A stretch of 40,019 nucleotides of DNA from positions 1 to 40,019 of IMG/VR virus record IMGVR_UViG_3300032320_001476; one strand, 5' to 3'. Below, in pieces: positions 35,110 through 40,019 of the stretch. The DNA comes from a virus (lineage: Duplodnaviria > Caudoviricetes). Numbering within the stretch: position 1 is the first letter of the stretch; each line of letters starts with the position of its first letter. The notes beneath the pieces are model-generated. The model was not told the DNA's origin. It searched no databases and worked only from the letters and a program-made list of their open reading frames with translations. The position numbers and the translations under genes were made by a program.

Positions 35110-35415
35110 TTATTTGAAAAATATCAAAGCCATTAAACCAGCCTGAACGATAAATCCAAAACCAATTGTAACGACATTTAACATATCCTTTTGGACAGCG
35201 GCTTTAATAAACATTAATGTTAGGCCAGTCCAAACAAGTAATACCAAATCTACTGCGGGCAATCTATCAGTTAAACCGCTCATAACAGCCAACATACTTG
35301 GAATAGTGCTGGCATGTAAAACAATGACTGCTAACCAACCAAATGTTTCTGCGCTGATATGACTGACTTTATTTTGTATAAAATCTTTAAATTTGACTAA
35401 ATCAAAGTTTTCCAT
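35110..35415 (-). CDS. Small three-TM membrane protein
   Basis: Hydrophobic segments; directly after the hydrolase. Confidence 0.7.
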   Translation of the reverse strand: MENFDLVKFKDFIQNKVSHISAETFGWLAVIVLHASTIPSMLAVMSGLTDRLPAVDLVLLVWTGLTLMFIKAAVQKDMLNVVTIGFGFIVQAGLMALIFFK

Positions 35416-35422
35416 AATGATC

Positions 35423-35974
35423 CTATTTGTTTAAAGGTTGACGATAAAAAATGTGTTGCCCAATTTGTCCTATCTTTTCCAAGGACCATCTTGGGTTGAC
35501 ATAGGCGGCATGATAATACAAAGCATCTTTGAGAACGTCCAATCGGAAGTTTTCCAAAAGAACTTTTTTAGCAACTGCATAACTTTCATTATAAGCCTCC
35601 TTGTTTACAGGTCTTGTTTTTGCGGCAGAGTCACAGGCCCATGAGAATTGGCAAACGACTTTTTCCATCACAACGTTTTTCTTGTAGATAACACCGCAGA
35701 CATCTTCACCAAATCGTCCGTCTTTGACTCGATTCATAGTGACTTGTGCCACTGCTACTTTACCTTCGAATGGCTCATAACCTGCTTCTCGATAAATGTT
35801 GATTGCTAGACACTCTAACTGTTTTTCTCGTGTTTTAATTGACACGACATCCTGACTATAGTAGCCATTGCGTTCTTTGAGAACAGCAAATTTTTGCATG
35901 GTTAGATTTTGAACCAAAAAGGCTACTGCCAAAAATCCTAAAAGATAGGATATTAATTTAAATGACTTTTCCAT
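35423..35974 (-). CDS. SleB-like cell wall hydrolase (Hydrolase_2)
   Basis: CLAINIYREA..E...GKVAVAQVTMNRV, CQFSW, ALYYHA, IGQHIFY; AAAGGAGG RBS. Confidence 0.92.
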   Translation of the reverse strand: MEKSFKLISYLLGFLAVAFLVQNLTMQKFAVLKERNGYYSQDVVSIKTREKQLECLAINIYREAGYEPFEGKVAVAQVTMNRVKDGRFGEDVCGVIYKKNVVMEKVVCQFSWACDSAAKTRPVNKEAYNESYAVAKKVLLENFRLDVLKDALYYHAAYVNPRWSLEKIGQIGQHIFYRQPLNK

Positions 35975-36225
35975 AAGTCCTCCTTTCACTTGGTGTAGAT
36001 AAACTTCATCCACATTACATTAAGGGAGTAAACTTCACGAGGCTCTTGAAAGAACCCTGGGTTCGTGTAGTTGTCTCCATTGGACGCAACAGTCTCATAA
36101 CCAGTTGTGCCTTTGGCGAACTTGACCGCCCGAATCTCACGGGTTTCTCATAGGCCAAGACTCGCGGGATTGTTTCTGCTTGTGACATACTTTAATCCAA
36201 CTATCTTAGTTTCTTTGCGAAACGT
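35975..36225 (-). ncRNA. Candidate structured leader or ncRNA upstream of the hydrolase
   Basis: ~250 nt non-coding, GC-richer than flanks, nested stems 36025-36078; ends approximate. Confidence 0.4.
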
Positions 36226-36271
36226 ATTATTATATAGTTCATTATCCAAAATCTAATATTGAAATAGGTGA

Positions 36272-36661
36272 TTATCGACGCATTTTGGCGATATCTTCTG
36301 CTTCTTCATTACTAAAAATTGGAACTGCATTACTCTTGTGCATAGTACCAATGCCTTTAATCATTGTGCCTGTATAGACTTTGTCTGGTGCCTTCAAACA
36401 CGGTCCACCGGTAAATGGCAGACTGTTTATCTTTGCAGTCTCTCGAACGAACGGTTTATTGACTACTGGATTCATTGTTGGAGCAGCCAAACCACGTTTG
36501 CGTTTCTTTTCTTCTGCTTCAATGCCCCATTTTTTCTGTAGGGCTTTCCAATCTTCATCCAATTGTCTTGCCTTTCTTGCCTGTTCGGCATTTCGAAATT
36601 TCTGTTTGCCTTTCTTTTTGCCAGTGGTACTAAGCCACGGACCTTCAAGATGCATACTCAA
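36272..36661 (-). CDS. Basic hypothetical phage protein
   Basis: YTG..IKGIGTMHKSNAVPIF...IAKMRR; promoter TTGACT-N17-TATACT at 36721-36693. Confidence 0.75.
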   Translation of the reverse strand: MSMHLEGPWLSTTGKKKGKQKFRNAEQARKARQLDEDWKALQKKWGIEAEEKKRKRGLAAPTMNPVVNKPFVRETAKINSLPFTGGPCLKAPDKVYTGTMIKGIGTMHKSNAVPIFSNEEAEDIAKMRR

Positions 36662-36732
36662 AATAAACTCCTAAGTTGTTTACTATAAGACTAGTATACA
36701 ACAGAATTTGATAAAAGTCAAGTTATTTTGGT

Positions 36733-37059
36733 TTACACTCTAAACGATTCGCCACAGCCACAACGATCGCGCTCATTTGGATTAACAAAATCAAAACCTT
36801 CATTGAGCCCATTGCGTACCCAATCTATAGTTAATCCGTTTAAGTATGCTAAAGACTTAGCATCTACTAATACTGCAAAGTCAGATTGGGCAAAATTAGT
36901 TACACCAACTTCTGCTTCATAGTTATCCACATATTCTATCGTGTATGCCAATCCGCTACAGCCTGTGGTCTTTACACCCAAACGAATGCCAATACCTTTA
37001 CCTCTGCGTTCAAGCAGTTGTTTGATTTTCTGTTTGGCTGTGTCGGTTACGGTAATCAT
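36733..37059 (-). CDS. iscA: A-type Fe-S carrier IscA
   Basis: TTGCSGLAY, CGCGESF. Confidence 0.93.
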   Translation of the reverse strand: MITVTDTAKQKIKQLLERRGKGIGIRLGVKTTGCSGLAYTIEYVDNYEAEVGVTNFAQSDFAVLVDAKSLAYLNGLTIDWVRNGLNEGFDFVNPNERDRCGCGESFRV

Positions 37060-37411
37060 TTACTGCCGCCTTGATAGCATCTTCTGCTAGAATTGAACAA
37101 TGTATCTTTACTGGAGGTAGTGCTAGTTCTGTGGCGATTTCGGAGTTTTTGATTGTTCCTGCTTCGTCAAGAGTTTTTCCTTTGACCCACTCAGTAACCA
37201 AACTCGAGCTCGCGATCGCTGAGCCACAGCCGTACGTTTTAAACTTCGCATCTGTGATAATGCCATCTTCTACCTTTATTTGTAGTTTCATTACATCGCC
37301 GCAGGCAGGTGCGCCAACCATCCCTGTGCCAATGCCTTCCTCGTCTTTGGCAAAACTACCTACGTTGCGAGGATTTTCATAGTGATCTATTACCTTGTCG
37401 GAATATGCCAT
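37010..37411 (-). CDS. iscU: Fe-S scaffold IscU
   Basis: DHYENPRNVG, APACGDVM, YGCGSAIASSS, LPPVKIHCS. Confidence 0.96.
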   Translation of the reverse strand: MAYSDKVIDHYENPRNVGSFAKDEEGIGTGMVGAPACGDVMKLQIKVEDGIITDAKFKTYGCGSAIASSSLVTEWVKGKTLDEAGTIKNSEIATELALPPVKIHCSILAEDAIKAAVNDYRNRHSQTENQTTA

Positions 37412-37412
37412 A

Positions 37413-37973
37413 CTATTCTCCTGTTAACCTATCATTTACAATGTTCCAATCGATGATACGCCATATATTATCAAGGTACTTTGCTTTGTTTTGTTGATAA
37501 TCCAAGGCCCAGGCATGTTCCCACCAATCTACCAGTAGTGCAATCTTCATACCTTTTTGATATTCATGATTGTGTATGATGTTTATCTTACCAGCAGTAT
37601 CCATATACACCCAGCCGGACCCTTGGATACTCATTGCTTCTTTTTCAAATGCTTCTTTGAACTTGTCAAAGTCTTTGTATTTCTTTTCAATTAAATCTTT
37701 ACTGGCACCTGTGGGTTTATTTGAACCTCCGGGTGTTTTAAGATTACCAAAAAATAAATTATGTAGCATAGCACCACCGTAGTTAAATTTTGGATCTCCT
37801 TCGCCTTTATTGTAGCGTTCAAAGTATTTAGAAGCAAGTCCTGTGTAATGATAGTCCAATGTTTCTTTACTCATCACCGGATGCAGGTCGCCTTTGTTAA
37901 AAGTCAAAGGATTTTGTTTGATGTCGCCTTGAGCAACTTCCATCAAATGAATATAATGTGCTAGTTCTTTCAT
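37413..37973 (-). CDS. sod: Divergent Fe/Mn superoxide dismutase
   Basis: YHY, LHNLFF, GSGW and DWWEHA metal-ligand motifs. Confidence 0.85.
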   Translation of the reverse strand: MKELAHYIHLMEVAQGDIKQNPLTFNKGDLHPVMSKETLDYHYTGLASKYFERYNKGEGDPKFNYGGAMLHNLFFGNLKTPGGSNKPTGASKDLIEKKYKDFDKFKEAFEKEAMSIQGSGWVYMDTAGKINIIHNHEYQKGMKIALLVDWWEHAWALDYQQNKAKYLDNIWRIIDWNIVNDRLTGE

Positions 37974-38299
37974 ACTGAAAAACTACTCCCACAGCCACAG
38001 GTTGTCTGTGCATTTGGATTCTTAATTGTAAACTGACTGCCCATGACATCTTCCTTATAATCAATTTCTGCGCCAACAAGATATTGATAACTCATAGCGT
38101 CTACTAATACTCTAACGCCTGTGCGCTCAATTATAAAATCGTCTTCATTCTGCTCTTCATCAAAGGTAAATCCATATTGGAATCCACTGCATCCTCCGCC
38201 TTGTACAAAGGTTCGAAGTTTTAAATTAGGATTATTTTCCTCTGCCAATAAGTCTGCAATTTTATTAACTGCTGATTCTGTAATTGTAATTGGTTCCAT
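37970..38299 (-). CDS. erpA: A-type Fe-S carrier ErpA
   Basis: [30 protein letters not shown]; start reassigned to MEPITI. Confidence 0.92.
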   Translation of the reverse strand: MEPITITESAVNKIADLLAEENNPNLKLRTFVQGGGCSGFQYGFTFDEEQNEDDFIIERTGVRVLVDAMSYQYLVGAEIDYKEDVMGSQFTIKNPNAQTTCGCGSSFSV

Positions 38300-38300
38300 A

Positions 38301-38597
38301 TCAGTTTGCAAATACATTCCCTGACCCTGCGGTAATTGCGCCGCCGTCGGTGCTGTCTCCTACTCTAGCAATAGGTTTGTTATTGACGAACACGTTGCCA
38401 GATCCTGCATTAATAACTGCACTATGCGGAACACAAACTGTACCGGATAGAATAGTATGAGCAGAGGTTGGATCTCCTTTGCGTTCAACACCAATGTTGT
38501 TGGCAAATACATTACCCGACGGGCCTGTGACAGTTGTTGTACCGTCACATCCATGTCCGGTTGTTGTTGGGTCTCCGTTTCTAGCAACTGCTGGCAT
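38301..38597 (-). CDS. PAAR protein (T4 gp5.4-like spike tip)
   Basis: [23 protein letters not shown] repeats. Confidence 0.9.
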   Translation of the reverse strand: MPAVARNGDPTTTGHGCDGTTTVTGPSGNVFANNIGVERKGDPTSAHTILSGTVCVPHSAVINAGSGNVFVNNKPIARVGDSTDGGAITAGSGNVFAN

Positions 38598-38605
38598 AAC
38601 TGTAT

Positions 38606-38896
38606 TTAAGCCAAAGCAATACCAGTGGTATTCTGTGTATAGCCGTCTGAGAATTGCTTATCTGTGGGTGCAATTAAACAGATATTGTTTTTAGTAATTT
38701 CAACAGTCTTCTCAGGATCGACTGACAATACATAAGGCATCAATCCTATGCCTTGATTGCTTACGTTTACCACCATTGGTTTAGAAAACTTATAACTTGT
38801 TGGAGTTTCGTCTATTAATTTTGCAATTAGTTCTGCACCGGAAATAATTTTAATAGTAACTACTTCTCCTGATGTAATACCTTTATCAATTAGCAT
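38606..38896 (-). CDS. Hypothetical phage protein (possible Sm-like fold)
   Basis: VVTIKIISGAELIAKL pattern. Confidence 0.7.
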   Translation of the reverse strand: MLIDKGITSGEVVTIKIISGAELIAKLIDETPTSYKFSKPMVVNVSNQGIGLMPYVLSVDPEKTVEITKNNICLIAPTDKQFSDGYTQNTTGIALA

Positions 38897-39116
38897 TTGT
38901 TAACCTTTGTTTTAGTTCTGTAAATCCGCCCACTAATTCTTCATCTAGAAAAATCTGCGGAACTGTTCTTGCAGTTGGTACTGCTTCTAATAATTGTTCT
39001 TTGGTATAACCGTGACCAATTTTCTTTTCTTCAAACTCGATGCCTTTCATTTTGAGCAAGTTTTTGGCTTGATCACAGAAAGGGCAGTTATCCTTACTCC
39101 ATACAATCGCTTTCAT
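38886..39116 (-). CDS. Glutaredoxin
   Basis: CPFC, TVPQIF, GGFTEL; follows nrdB. Confidence 0.95.
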   Translation of the reverse strand: MKAIVWSKDNCPFCDQAKNLLKMKGIEFEEKKIGHGYTKEQLLEAVPTARTVPQIFLDEELVGGFTELKQRLTNAN

Positions 39117-39128
39117 TTGTTTCCTTAA

Positions 39129-40019
39129 TTATAAACTTGGTAATTCTTCGTAGTCAATGGCATCGCTCATAACGCCAATAACATAATTGGTAGATTCGCT
39201 TTCTTGGAGTGCAGTTTGTTTCTTGCTTGTATCGCTGTGTTTATTAAACCAAGGAATTGGTGTAGTCTTTGGTGCTAAACTTTGATATTTTATACCAATG
39301 TCTTTCAAAGCATTTAACGCTGTATAGTCAACAAAGTCTTTAAGGATGTTAGCATTAAGACCAATCACAGGACCTTTCTTAAACAAATAATCAGCCCACT
39401 CTTTTTCTTCTCGAATCACATCTGTATATAGTTGATATACTTCTGCTTCGCATTCTACTCTGGCTTCAGCAAATCTTGGATCTTCCTTACATACTTGATT
39501 AATCAAAAAAGCCGTCCAGCCTTTGTGTAGCAGTTCATCTTGTAGGATCAAACTGATAATGTTACCATTACCAATAAAGATTTTATTCTCTACCATTGCT
39601 AAACTTGTAGCAAATGAAACCATAAATCGGAACGCTTCTAAGGCGTAACTGGCATTCAGTGCCAACCAAATTGCTTTGATGTGTGTCTTCTCGTTAATCT
39701 TTTCGCCGGCTTCTTTGCGACAGTTAATTAGATGTAAATCATCATAGTATTTTCCAACACTTGACGCCATGTCTACAATTTCTTTAGTATCATGGATCGT
39801 GTTAAACACTTCCTTAGGTACATTGTAGATGTTACGGATGATGTGACTATAACTACGGCTGTGAATGTTGGTTTCAAAGAATGTCCAGTTATACACTAAC
39901 GCTTCCAATTCTGGTAGGCTTACGACCGGAGTAAAGATTTGACTTGGGCCGCGACCTTGCAGACTGTCAAGAGCAGTTTGCCTAAGCAGGTTACTAGTGA
40001 AGATATGTTTAACTGCATC
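39129..40019 (-). CDS. nrdB: Class Ia ribonucleotide reductase beta subunit (5' end outside the window)
   Basis: Frame open to the window edge; DSLQGR, ETNIHSRSY, LEAFRFMVSFA, DELLH, QESESTNY. Confidence 0.95.
   Translation of the reverse strand, partial: DAVKHIFTSNLLRQTALDSLQGRGPSQIFTPVVSLPELEALVYNWTFFETNIHSRSYSHIIRNIYNVPKEVFNTIHDTKEIVDMASSVGKYYDDLHLINCRKEAGEKINEKTHIKAIWLALNASYALEAFRFMVSFATSLAMVENKIFIGNGNIISLILQDELLHKGWTAFLINQVCKEDPRFAEARVECEAEVYQLYTDVIREEKEWADYLFKKGPVIGLNANILKDFVDYTALNALKDIGIKYQSLAPKTTPIPWFNKHSDTSKKQTALQESESTNYVIGVMSDAIDYEELPSL

Noticed and set aside
1-40019. Cellular chromosome origin suggested by many housekeeping genes
   Set aside because: rIIA/rIIB, lone PAAR, TAAATA motifs, incomplete operons (no iscS, dnaJ or clpA) and dense small ORFs fit a phage; prophage or chimeric status cannot be fully excluded without flanks
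1-40019. Stop-codon reassignment, CRISPR array, DGR/retron, integrase or introns
   Set aside because: Known genes are full length in the standard code and end at TAA, TAG or TGA; no repeat-spacer array, reverse transcriptase, recombinase or interrupted gene was seen by eye

Overview
A 40-kb segment of a large T4-like (myovirus/jumbo-type) phage genome: rIIA/rIIB, PAAR, nrdB-glutaredoxin, TAAATA late-promoter motifs, the start of a tRNA cluster, dense packing, mostly minus strand. It is very rich in host-like auxiliary genes, and their sequences and AGAAAGG-type RBSs suggest a betaproteobacterial host (inference). Modules: (i) sigma70 promoter, 47-codon leader ORF, attenuator-like terminator, structured RNA and tRNA cluster; (ii) ahpC-SGNH-ahpD with an OxyR-like box; (iii) a permuted two-piece tmRNA with a small ORF in its intervening segment, plus cspA and ClpP; (iv) a plcP-agt-desaturase-like lipid-remodelling cassette; (v) csgF-csgG-curlin-FecR-autotransporter-CHASE2 adenylate cyclase; (vi) hemO-pcyX, clpS, hsp20 and dnaK (both with ROSE-like leaders), and rpsU; (vii) a cell-wall hydrolase with a long structured leader; (viii) iscA-iscU-sod-erpA-PAAR-grx-nrdB. 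The most novel-looking signal is the leader peptide, which uses all 20 amino acids and 35 different sense codons and is coupled to a terminator/antiterminator upstream of the tRNA cluster: a candidate sensor of the whole tRNA pool. All calls come from reading motifs by eye; no database searches were run.
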